A stretch of 64,000 nucleotides of DNA from Armatimonadetes bacterium UBA5352. Its GTDB lineage: Bacteria; Armatimonadota; Zipacnadia; Zipacnadales; UBA5352. Every line of letters starts with the position of its first letter. Position 1 is the stretch's first letter. The position numbers were made by a program, and so were the translations under genes. This document shows positions 1 through 8,645 of the stretch, one piece after another. The stretch spans positions 11,103 to 75,102 of the forward strand of contig DHPY01000042.1 of assembly GCA_002411015.1 (NCBI GenBank), read 5' to 3'. The notes beneath the pieces are model-generated. The model was not told the origin of the DNA and did not search any database. It saw only the letters and a list, made by a program, of their open reading frames with translations.

Positions 1-144
1 GACGTTGGAGAGACATGAGGTCTGACGCGCCTTCTCCCGGGCCCTGGCGAACACGGGAAAGAGAATCGCCGCCAGGATCGCGATGATCGCGATCACCACA
101 AGAAGTTCCATCAGGGTGAACCCACGCCTGCTATCCGCCACCAC
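1..144 (-). CDS. prepilin-type N-terminal cleavage/methylation domain protein (H-X9-DG family); only the 5' part is in the window, the gene runs off the left edge
   Basis: Minus-strand translation of 1..144 reads ..[43 protein letters not shown], nearly identical to the N-termini of the four complete paralogs in the window. GGAGG at 152..156 precedes GTG start candidates at 142..150. Confidence 0.55.
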   Translation of the reverse strand, partial: MVADSRRGFTLMELLVVIAIIAILAAILFPVFARAREKARQTSCLSNV

Positions 145-221
145 TACCACACCTCCGCCGCCACAGCCCGATGTAGCTCAGTCTTCGGGTTCGGCGCAGA
201 TGCCTCCTCTACGGGTGATCC

Positions 222-3200
222 TCAGCCTGAGGGCCATCTGACCGCCGCCTCCACCCGCTGACCCGCGATTGTAAGCTCCACATCATCGGTCGCAACCACC
301 TCGGCCGAGCCATCATCGGCCACGGTCAGCGCCGCCCAGTTGCGGATCACGAAGCTGTCGCCCGGGCGCAGGTCGAGGTAGTAGAACGTGTCGCCCTGCT
401 CGAAGCCCGCGCTGGAGCGGACGTCCACGATGAATGGCTGCGCGCTCTGCACGCGCTGCACCTGCGTGATCGTGGTGAAGTCTGCCTTCGCGACGCCCTT
501 CCCTGCGAAGAACGTGGGCCGCGTGTACGGGTGCGGCGTCAGTGAGGTCAACCGCGTTGGCGTTGGCGGCGCCTGGTCAAGCGTGCCCTGGCCGAGGATG
601 ATGCGCTGCCGGCCGAGGTCAATGACGCACAGGTCGCCCTCGCGGCGGATGTCGTAGATGGTGTAGGAGGTGTTGCGCGAGTAGTCGGGGCTGTCGAAGA
701 TGACCGTCTGGAAGCGCAGGCGCCCGTCCGTGGGCAGGTCGGCGTCAACGTAGACGAGGTTGCGTTCGTAGTCTATCCGCACGATCTCACCGGTGTGCTC
801 GCCATGCGCCAACTGCAGGCTGAAGCCCGGTGCGCTGAGCGATCGGCCGATCATGTGCGCCTGCACCACGCGCTCCCCGTCCATGCGCAGATGGCCGAAT
901 GAGCCATCAAGCGAGAGGTCGCCCGCCTGCACGGCGGCGCCCGGGGTGCCTGCGTAGACGAAGCGATCAGAGGGCCCGGCGGCCTGCCGAACCTCGAGCG
1001 CGGTCGCGCCGTCACCGGCGGGGATGCGCCGCACCTGCGCGATCGAGGGCGCGGGCGCACCGGCCCCCGCCTCCTCCGGGCGGTCGGTGAGCGCGATGCT
1101 CTGCAGCGAGATCCAGGGCTCGCCCGCATCCGCGCGGACGGTTGTGACGCCGAGGGTATGTTCGCCGGCGGCGAGATCAACCGGCCCCAGGGTCACCGCC
1201 GGAGCAGGCCCGACCTCCGGGGCGGTGCCGAGGAACTGCTCGCCGATCGGGCTGCCGTCAATGCTGAAGGTTGCCGCCGAGTAGCTCGGCGAGCGCCACG
1301 GCTGCAGGCGCAGCCAGTAGCGGTCGGCTTCGGGCGCCTGCAGCCGGAAGCGCGCCTGCCCGCCGAACTCGCGCGCCTGGAAGAGCACGATGTCGAGGCC
1401 CGCGAGGTACCTCAGGCCACCGTCATCGGTCGAGGCGGCGGCCATCAGGTCCATGCCGCGCAGGCCGCCCGCCGCCGACGCCGGGCCATAGGGCTCGCGC
1501 ACTGAGACGAAGGTGCTATCGAGGCTTCCCTCAGCCACGCTGCGCCGTGCGACGACGTGAGACGCGCGAGGGTACTGGGGGAAGATCCCGGGCGCCCAGG
1601 TGCTGATGACCTCGGTGCCGGGCTGGTCGAGCATGTGCATGCGCAGGAAGCTGTCGCCGTCCGGCAGCCGCCACGTCATCGCCCACGCGTCGTCGGTCTG
1701 CGCGCGCTGCGGGTGCATCATGAAGCCGAGCCCGTTGCCGGGAGCCGGGTTGCTGTACTGCTGGTGCTCGGTGCCTGACATGTAGCCGTCGGCCATCTGC
1801 CGCTCGCCCCAGTTGATCTCAGGCCCCGCGAGCGAGCCCGGCTCCGGCTCGCCGAGGCTGACGCCCTCGAAGGTGGCGTCATCGGAGAGCGCGTGGGCGA
1901 GGTAGTCGTGCTGCGTGCCGCCGGTGACGCGGAAGATATCGAGCAGATAGCTGCCCGGCCCGTCGCCGACCAGCGCGAGGAAGCGCCGATACTCCTCTAC
2001 GCCGCGCGAGCGATAGGCGAGATCGGCGTCCGCGTCCACAATCTGCATCCCGGGCATTCCGGCGAAGAGATTCAGGCTGCCGCCGGAGTCATCAGCCTCA
2101 CCGGAAAGCTGGGTTTGCTCGTTCACCATGACGAGGTTGTGCGAGGCGGTCTGGCGCGCCCAGCCAACCTGGGTGGGCGTGCCGCCATCGCCGTAGCCGA
2201 TGTCGTAGGTGAGCTCATAGCCGAGGCCGATGTAGCTGATGTTCAGGTCATCGAGGTGCCCGTGGTTGAGCGATGGCCCGTAGCGCAGCAGGCAGGCCTG
2301 CGCGTCGCTGGAGTTCGGCGTGCGCATGATCGCGATGCCCTTCTGGCCCATGTTGTGGGAGCCGTGCAGCAGGCGATCGAGGTCTGGCCCGAGCGGCGCA
2401 TCGGGCAGCTCTCCGAGCCCGTCGGCGTGGAACAAAAGCCAGTCGGTGTCGCCGGAGCTCGCGTGCAGGCGCTCGAGGTCGCCCTGAGCGAAGAAGCTCA
2501 GCAGCGCGCCGAACTGCTCTCGCACCTCAGGGAGCGTGGTGCGGCGGTAGATCCGCTCGGCGTACTGGTAGTCATTGGCGTTGAAGCTCGTCTCCGGCGG
2601 CCAGGCGCGCCGGGTGTCAGGGCTCGAGTCGCCGTAGCGCGGTGAGTGCCCGAGGAGGTCCATGGACAGCGCGGGGACGACGTAGAACGCCCGGAAGCCC
2701 GCGTCATCGTAGAGGTTGATCCCATCGGGGTAGCGCGCGCTGCGGTAGTTCAGCAGTGGCTCGGTGAAGGTGAAGTAGAGGTTGCGGGCGTGCAGCGCGT
2801 AGCCCAGCGAGGACTCGAAGTAGCGGCCATCTCGGTCCGCGTTGTTGTGGACCATCGCGCGGATGCCGTAGGGGCCATCGAGCGCCCAGTCTACATACTC
2901 CTCGATCCCGAGCAGGCAGCCAACCGCAAGCGCGCCCCGGAGGTAATCGGCCTCACCGTTGTGCAGGCCGCCATTGAGCGACTGCTCGTAGCAGTAGCGA
3001 GCGCCGTCCTTGAGCATGTTCGTCTCGATGTTCTCCCGCCGGCGCATGCCGTCAACGAATGAGGCCTCATCGAGCGCCGCGGAGTGGTAGATCTGGTCGT
3101 ATGCATCCACGATGGGCACCAGGTAGCGCGCGGCCTGGTACCATGGCCGGGCCAGCCTGCCGCTCGGCGGGTTCGAGGGGTAGTCCCACGAGCCCGCGGT

Positions 3201-4307
3201 GCAGTACGGGTAGATCTCCGCGAGGGCGTCGAGGATGACCGCGCAGGTGCGGGCGTAGCGCTCATCGCCGGTGAGGCTGTAGGCGAGGGCGAGGTCGCTG
3301 CACCACTGCATGTAGTTCTCGACCACCCAGGAGTTGTAGGAGCCGACGAAGTAGAGCACGCGGCCGTCCTCCGTGACATGTCCGGTGCCCGGATCGGGAG
3401 CCTGGTCGTTCGGGAGCACGTGGCCGTTCACGCACTTCACGGTGCCGGGCCGGTCGAAGCTGCAGTCGAGGCTCGCCCAGCCGCCCCATCCATCCGACTT
3501 CGTCCACTTCGCGCCGCAGACGGGGCATGCGCCCTTGCCCGCCGCGAAGCATGCGCCCTTCTCCGGCGTATGCTCATGGATCCACTCGGGGCTGTAGCCG
3601 ACTACCTGGTCGGCGCGCGCGATGACTGTGCGGGCGCGACTTGCTGCCCACGGGTGCCGCTCGACGTTCTGCCTCGCGCGAGCCACGTCCTCAGGCGTGA
3701 CGTAGACGCACGGGTGCTCCTCGCGATCGGTCTGTGTCAGCTCCAACGGCGTCCACTCCTGAAGATTAGCCTCCGGCGCCTGCGCGAGATGCACGAGGCC
3801 GCCGGGGTCGCTGAAGACGAGAAGCTCGCTCAGCGCGATGTAGATGTTGTCGGCCCACGTATCCACGACCGTCAGCCGCAGCGACTCCGTGGTTCGTTCC
3901 GGGAACCGGACGATCTGCGCACCGGCGCGGTCCTCCAGCTCGACGCGCACGGGCTCTCCGGAGGAGAAGCTGATCTCCACGTGGCGCGGGTTGGCGTCGT
4001 GACGGTCAATGCCGCGGTTCACGATGACGATTGTGTCGAAGGTCTGCGGCTCAGCGAAGGTGAGGCTTACCCATTGCGGCAGAGAGGCCTGGTGCGCACT
4101 CGCCCAGACGGTGCCCGCGTGGTTGTCGTTGAGACTCGCGGCGACGTAGGCGCCGCCGGCTGAGGATGATGCCTCTGCGGTGGCCTGGATCGCGAGGTTC
4201 TGGTCCAGATGGGCCACGATGAGATCGAGGAGGTTTGCGGCACAGGCAGTGCTGGCAGTAGCCAGAAGGATGATGACTGCACTCACGAGCGTGCTCGGCT
4301 TGAGCAT
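222..4307 (-). CDS. secreted heparinase II/III-like polysaccharide-lyase-like protein with N-terminal F5/8 type C (discoidin-like) domain
   Basis: 1361-aa ORF. N-terminal signal peptide MLKPSTLVSAVIILLATASTACA. Discoidin-like block (HVEISFSSGEPVRVEL..LRLTVVDTW). Heparinase II/III-type motif NHGHLDDLN..SHN and alginate-lyase-like helical region. C-terminal ~90-aa beta-sandwich module shared with 47514..49832. Strong GC3 bias. Confidence 0.8.
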   Translation of the reverse strand: MLKPSTLVSAVIILLATASTACAANLLDLIVAHLDQNLAIQATAEASSSAGGAYVAASLNDNHAGTVWASAHQASLPQWVSLTFAEPQTFDTIVIVNRGIDRHDANPRHVEISFSSGEPVRVELEDRAGAQIVRFPERTTESLRLTVVDTWADNIYIALSELLVFSDPGGLVHLAQAPEANLQEWTPLELTQTDREEHPCVYVTPEDVARARQNVERHPWAASRARTVIARADQVVGYSPEWIHEHTPEKGACFAAGKGACPVCGAKWTKSDGWGGWASLDCSFDRPGTVKCVNGHVLPNDQAPDPGTGHVTEDGRVLYFVGSYNSWVVENYMQWCSDLALAYSLTGDERYARTCAVILDALAEIYPYCTAGSWDYPSNPPSGRLARPWYQAARYLVPIVDAYDQIYHSAALDEASFVDGMRRRENIETNMLKDGARYCYEQSLNGGLHNGEADYLRGALAVGCLLGIEEYVDWALDGPYGIRAMVHNNADRDGRYFESSLGYALHARNLYFTFTEPLLNYRSARYPDGINLYDDAGFRAFYVVPALSMDLLGHSPRYGDSSPDTRRAWPPETSFNANDYQYAERIYRRTTLPEVREQFGALLSFFAQGDLERLHASSGDTDWLLFHADGLGELPDAPLGPDLDRLLHGSHNMGQKGIAIMRTPNSSDAQACLLRYGPSLNHGHLDDLNISYIGLGYELTYDIGYGDGGTPTQVGWARQTASHNLVMVNEQTQLSGEADDSGGSLNLFAGMPGMQIVDADADLAYRSRGVEEYRRFLALVGDGPGSYLLDIFRVTGGTQHDYLAHALSDDATFEGVSLGEPEPGSLAGPEINWGERQMADGYMSGTEHQQYSNPAPGNGLGFMMHPQRAQTDDAWAMTWRLPDGDSFLRMHMLDQPGTEVISTWAPGIFPQYPRASHVVARRSVAEGSLDSTFVSVREPYGPASAAGGLRGMDLMAAASTDDGGLRYLAGLDIVLFQAREFGGQARFRLQAPEADRYWLRLQPWRSPSYSAATFSIDGSPIGEQFLGTAPEVGPAPAVTLGPVDLAAGEHTLGVTTVRADAGEPWISLQSIALTDRPEEAGAGAPAPSIAQVRRIPAGDGATALEVRQAAGPSDRFVYAGTPGAAVQAGDLSLDGSFGHLRMDGERVVQAHMIGRSLSAPGFSLQLAHGEHTGEIVRIDYERNLVYVDADLPTDGRLRFQTVIFDSPDYSRNTSYTIYDIRREGDLCVIDLGRQRIILGQGTLDQAPPTPTRLTSLTPHPYTRPTFFAGKGVAKADFTTITQVQRVQSAQPFIVDVRSSAGFEQGDTFYYLDLRPGDSFVIRNWAALTVADDGSAEVVATDDVELTIAGQRVEAAVRWPSG

Positions 4308-4509
4308 GGTCTGGCCTCCAACTGAACCTGTCGCTGCACCGGCGAACGAGAGACCCCTTCGCCCAGAGAGACGGGCGCACCTGCCCCTGGCCGGCGGTCA
4401 CAGGCGGCACATTGGGGGAGGTCACAGCCGACCGGATGCCGTATCTACCCGTGCAGGGTTCGGCTCGCAGTTCCGACACCAGATGGTCGATCCCACGAGG
4501 GAGCGAGAG

Positions 4510-6438
4510 ATGATACGAGCATCGTGGCGAACAAGACTGCTGTTGCCGGTCGCCTTCGTACTCATCCTTCTGGCCGGTTCCGTCGCTGCCATAGTGGCGC
4601 AGGAGACCGAAATGGGACGTTTCGTTGATCTTGGCGTGCCCGTGACGCGGGCCGCGATATTCAGGCAGACGCTCGGGCCGGATGAGACCGGGGAGATGTC
4701 GCGCGTCTACGCTGTGTTCACGCAGAACGGCGCGCCCGTATTCCTCGTGCAGATCGACCCATCCACCGGCGAGGCGCGCCAGTTCGACGCGCCGCTGGGC
4801 ACTCATCCCTGGGGGCTGACCGTCGGGCCGGACAACTGCGTGTATATCGGCACCGCCGGTGACGCGGCGCAGGGGGGCCTGCTGCTGAAGTTCGACCCGG
4901 CCCGGCCGGAGATTGGCCTCGTGAACCTCGGGAAGATGGCCGAGAGTGAGACCTACATCTGGGCGCTGGCGAACGGTGAGGGCGACGACTGCATCTACGG
5001 CTGCACCTACGGGAACGGCAAGGTCGTCTCCTACAACACCCGCACCGGCGAGATGCGCGACTACGGCCAGATGCTCCCCGGCCAGCAGTACACGCGGCCG
5101 ATCGTGGTCGGGAAGGATGGCTGGGTCTACACCGCCGCGGGCACCACCGAGCCGGACTACATCGCGCTCGACCCGGTGACCGGTGAGCACCACTCCTCGC
5201 GGCCCGAGGAGCTCGCGGGCACGCGCGTGGCCGAGCTCGAGCAGGGCGGCTGGGGGCAGTTCCGCAAGGGCACCGATGGCCATGCCTACCAGCGCGACTG
5301 CGGGAAGTGGTACCGGCTGGTGGGCGGGCGCGCCGAGGCGATTGCCGATGAGGAGCTTCCACCGGCGGTGACGCCGGAGCTTGCGGATGGGCGCAGGCTC
5401 GTCGGCGTCTTCCCGGAGGGCAGATGGGAACTCATCGACCCGGTGAGCGGCGAGCGGACATCGGGCCAGTTCGAGTACCAGAGCGCGGGGATGGAGCCGT
5501 TCGTGATCGCCGATGGGCCGGACGGGAAGATCTACGGCTCAACGATGCTGCCGCTGTGGCTCTTCCGCACGGATCCACACACAGGTGCATCCGAGGTGCT
5601 CGGCAACCCCAGCGGGGGCGGCGGGGAGATCTACTCGATGCTGCCGCTGGACGGCAAGCTGTGGATCTTCGACTACCCCGGGGCGAATATCGCGAGCTAC
5701 GACCCCGGCCAGCCATGGAACAAGGGAAGCGAGCCTCAGAACAATCCCCGGATGTACGGCAACATGGGCGACGGGCACCTGCGCCCGATCGCACTGGTGC
5801 TCGGCCCCGACAACAGGTTCTACGTCGGCAGCCATGCCCCATACGGCGAGCACGGCGGGGCCATGGGAGTCTTCGATCCGGTTCTGGGCAAGGTGGTCGA
5901 GAACTACCGCAATCTCATCCCCCGGCAGTCGATCAACGCGCTGGCCTGTGATCCCGAGTCGGGCCTGATCTTCGGTGGCAGCGACATCTCCGGCGGCGGC
6001 GGGACCTCCCCGGTGGAGAAAGACGCCGTCTTCTTTGTCTGGGACCCTCAGGCCAGGCAACTCGCGCACCAGATCGTGCCGGTGGCCGGCGATACCGCGA
6101 TCCCCATGGTCACCACAGCGCAGGGCAAGGTCTTCATCATGAGCCTGCCCTCGCGCACGCTCACAGTGTATGACATTGCCGACCGGTCCATCCTGTCGCA
6201 GGCCCCTACGAATTCGGGACGGGTCTTCCCCGGCGCGGCGGGGCTGCACAGCGACGGCATGATCTACGCGCTGACGCCCGAGGGCATCATTGCGATCGAC
6301 CCGCAGACGTACGCCGTGCGGGAGGTGGCCCGGTACGAGGGCGGAATCAGGTGCGGCTGGGCGATGAACGATGAGGGCGTCTACTTCGCATCGGGCGTTC
6401 ACCTCATCCGCTGGGAGTGGCCGGAACAGGGCGGGTGA
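4510..6438 (+). CDS. secreted beta-propeller repeat protein (paralog of 47514..49832)
   Basis: In-frame ATG at 4510 with GGGAG 7 nt upstream. Signal peptide MIRASWRTRLLLPVAFVLILLAGSVAA. Repeated Y-[IV]-G-[ST]/DP.TGE strand motifs typical of beta-propellers. Blocks such as GKIYGSTMLPLWLFRTDPHTG align with GVVYGSTSHPMHFFALDTGRG of the paralog. Confidence 0.7.
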   Translation: MIRASWRTRLLLPVAFVLILLAGSVAAIVAQETEMGRFVDLGVPVTRAAIFRQTLGPDETGEMSRVYAVFTQNGAPVFLVQIDPSTGEARQFDAPLGTHPWGLTVGPDNCVYIGTAGDAAQGGLLLKFDPARPEIGLVNLGKMAESETYIWALANGEGDDCIYGCTYGNGKVVSYNTRTGEMRDYGQMLPGQQYTRPIVVGKDGWVYTAAGTTEPDYIALDPVTGEHHSSRPEELAGTRVAELEQGGWGQFRKGTDGHAYQRDCGKWYRLVGGRAEAIADEELPPAVTPELADGRRLVGVFPEGRWELIDPVSGERTSGQFEYQSAGMEPFVIADGPDGKIYGSTMLPLWLFRTDPHTGASEVLGNPSGGGGEIYSMLPLDGKLWIFDYPGANIASYDPGQPWNKGSEPQNNPRMYGNMGDGHLRPIALVLGPDNRFYVGSHAPYGEHGGAMGVFDPVLGKVVENYRNLIPRQSINALACDPESGLIFGGSDISGGGGTSPVEKDAVFFVWDPQARQLAHQIVPVAGDTAIPMVTTAQGKVFIMSLPSRTLTVYDIADRSILSQAPTNSGRVFPGAAGLHSDGMIYALTPEGIIAIDPQTYAVREVARYEGGIRCGWAMNDEGVYFASGVHLIRWEWPEQGG

Positions 6439-6643
6439 TCTGCGCCATTTCTGTTACAATGCGTGTCGCGCTCCAAGTGAGACGCAGGGCACCGACCGGC
6501 CCGCGACCTCGCCCGATGGAGGTCTGAGAGCGTCGGCTGCGAATGCTCCTGTGTCTGGTGTATGCTGAGACTGCCAGAACGTCTGTATGTGATGTCATCG
6601 TGGCGGATGTATGGACCGAGTGAGTCGGAAGGGACGGCGGAAG

Positions 6644-8569
6644 ATGCGGACAGGGCGTGTGCTGCTGGTTGGGCTGATATTTCTCGTGCTGGCGAATCTC
6701 TGGGTGCGACAGGGGGAGCTGCTGACACTTGCCGCGCAGGTCTCGATGGCGGTGCCTCCGGTGCCTGCGCTGGTTACCCTCCTTGTGCTCCTCGCGGGCC
6801 TCGGCATCATTCGCAAGGTGGGCATCGGGCGCAAGGAGGTCATGGGCGTCTACATGTTCCTGACGCTGGCGGTTGCGCTGACCTCAGGCGCTGCGATGCG
6901 CCTCTTCCTTCCGGCGCTGGTCACGCCCTTTTACTTCGCGTCCGAGGAGAACCGCTACAGCGAGATCTTCAAGTTCATCCCCTCATGGGCCACGCCACAC
7001 GGGGATGAGGTGATTCGCCAGTACTTCGAGGGCAGCGACCTTGCGTCCAGTGGACTGAATGTCTGGCTTCTCGGCGTCCCCTGGGGCGCATGGCTCCAGC
7101 CGCTCGCGATCTGGCTTGTGTTCTTCGTGGGCTTCTACACGCTGCTGCTGTGCCTCGCCATGATCTTCCAGCCGGTCTGGGAGGAGGGCGAGCACCTCAG
7201 CTACCCGATGTCCGAGTTCTCCCTGCTGCTTGCCGGCTACCGCCAGGGGAGAGTGCAGGGCGTGTGGACCAACCCGATCTTCTGGATCGGTGTCGCGGTG
7301 GTCGGCATCGCCGACCTCTCCAACATCCTCAACGCGTTCAACCCGGGGCTCCCCGCTATCGGCCTGGCAACGTCGCTCGACCCGCTTTTTGCCGAGCATC
7401 CACTCACGGCGCTTCGTCCGCTCACGATCAACTACCGCCCCGCCATCCTCGGCATCGCCTACATGATGCCGAGCGATATCGTGATCTCGACGCTCGTGCT
7501 CTACTTCGGCTACCTGAAGGGCCTGAGCCTCACCGGCGCGATGGCCGGCTTCGACATCCCGGGGTACCCGTTCGACTACCCGCAGGCGATGGGCGGCTTC
7601 GTCGCGCTGGCGGTGGTGCTCATCTACGGCGCTCGCAAGCGGTTTGCGGACGTCTTCGGCGCGCTTGCCGGTCGCGGCAATGAGAGCCCCTGGCTTGCCA
7701 TCGGCGTCATCGTCAGCACCGTCATCGTCTTCGGCTTCTGGCTCATCTTCGGGATGAAGCTGTGGGTCCTCGCGGTCTACCTCATCCTTGTGCTGAGCCA
7801 CAGCATCGGCTACATGCGCATTCGCGCCGAGACCGGCTACCCGACCTGGTGGATCAAGCCGCTCAACCAGGAGCGGGACATGCTCATCAGCTTCTTCGGC
7901 ACCGCGCGCATGTCGGCGGGCGGCAAGTTCGGGAGTCTGGCCGGACTTGAGGTGCAGAACTGGATGTACCGCGGCTACTTCGGCCAGTTCATCTCCTACC
8001 AGGCGGAGGCGCTGCGCATCGGTGGGGAGATCAAGGTTGATCGCAAGCAGATCGTCTCGCTGATGATCTGGGCGGTCATCCTGGGCACGGTCGTGAGCTG
8101 GTGGATGCACCTGAGCACCGCCTACGAGCTTGGCGCGAATGTCCTTGAGGGCGGCGCCACCCAGGGCGGCACGCGCGTGGCACTGATGACCCAGGCCTAT
8201 GACCAGCTTGCATCGTGGATGCGCGGGCCGGTGGAGCCACAGCGCAATCAGACGATCGCGTTCTTCGCGGGCAGTGTGATGGTCATACTGCTGGTCGTCC
8301 TGCGGCGCCTCTTCCTGCAGTTCCCGCTGCACCCGAGCGGCTTCGTGATGGCGCTCACAGGCGGCGCCAGCATCGGCTGGGCCAGCCTGTTGCTGGCGCT
8401 GATCGTGAAGAGCATCACGCTGCGCCTCGGCGGCATGCGCCTCTACAACCGCCTGCTGCCATTCTTCATCGGGATCGTGGTCGGGCACTACTTCTGGTCC
8501 GGCACGGTCTGGGCGTTCATGGCCAGCTTCGGAGGCGAGGGCTTCAACAAGCTGCCAGTCGGCTTCTGA
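6644..8569 (+). CDS. polytopic integral membrane protein of unknown function (about 14 predicted TM helices); candidate transporter or permease
   Basis: ATG at 6644 with GGAAGGG about 10 nt upstream. Long runs of hydrophobic segments (LLVGLIFLVLANLWV, LVTLLVLLAGLGII, WLIFGMKLWVLAVYLILVLS and so on). No recognisable family motif. Confidence 0.6.
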   Translation: MRTGRVLLVGLIFLVLANLWVRQGELLTLAAQVSMAVPPVPALVTLLVLLAGLGIIRKVGIGRKEVMGVYMFLTLAVALTSGAAMRLFLPALVTPFYFASEENRYSEIFKFIPSWATPHGDEVIRQYFEGSDLASSGLNVWLLGVPWGAWLQPLAIWLVFFVGFYTLLLCLAMIFQPVWEEGEHLSYPMSEFSLLLAGYRQGRVQGVWTNPIFWIGVAVVGIADLSNILNAFNPGLPAIGLATSLDPLFAEHPLTALRPLTINYRPAILGIAYMMPSDIVISTLVLYFGYLKGLSLTGAMAGFDIPGYPFDYPQAMGGFVALAVVLIYGARKRFADVFGALAGRGNESPWLAIGVIVSTVIVFGFWLIFGMKLWVLAVYLILVLSHSIGYMRIRAETGYPTWWIKPLNQERDMLISFFGTARMSAGGKFGSLAGLEVQNWMYRGYFGQFISYQAEALRIGGEIKVDRKQIVSLMIWAVILGTVVSWWMHLSTAYELGANVLEGGATQGGTRVALMTQAYDQLASWMRGPVEPQRNQTIAFFAGSVMVILLVVLRRLFLQFPLHPSGFVMALTGGASIGWASLLLALIVKSITLRLGGMRLYNRLLPFFIGIVVGHYFWSGTVWAFMASFGGEGFNKLPVGF

Positions 8570-8645
8570 GGGCAGCCCGAGAGGCGATCGCCCCGACCAT
8601 CTCCAGGACTACTCCGCTGCTTCGGCTACGACGGAGGGACGAACC

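Noticed and set aside
1893-4163. Long plus-strand ORFs (1893..2645, 2646..3062, 3084..4163) antisense to the lyase-like gene 222..4307.
   Set aside because: Typical high-GC shadow ORFs: Arg/Ala/Gly/Pro-rich, low complexity, GC-poor third positions relative to the sense gene, no start context. Equivalent antisense ORFs inside other genes were rejected for the same reason: 4051..5283, 6983..8488, 9702..11219, 12467..13687, 14186..15145, 24550..25713, 29368..30243, 42810..44207, 43756..45012, 45946..47262, 47418..48764, 50009..51100, 58060..59178.
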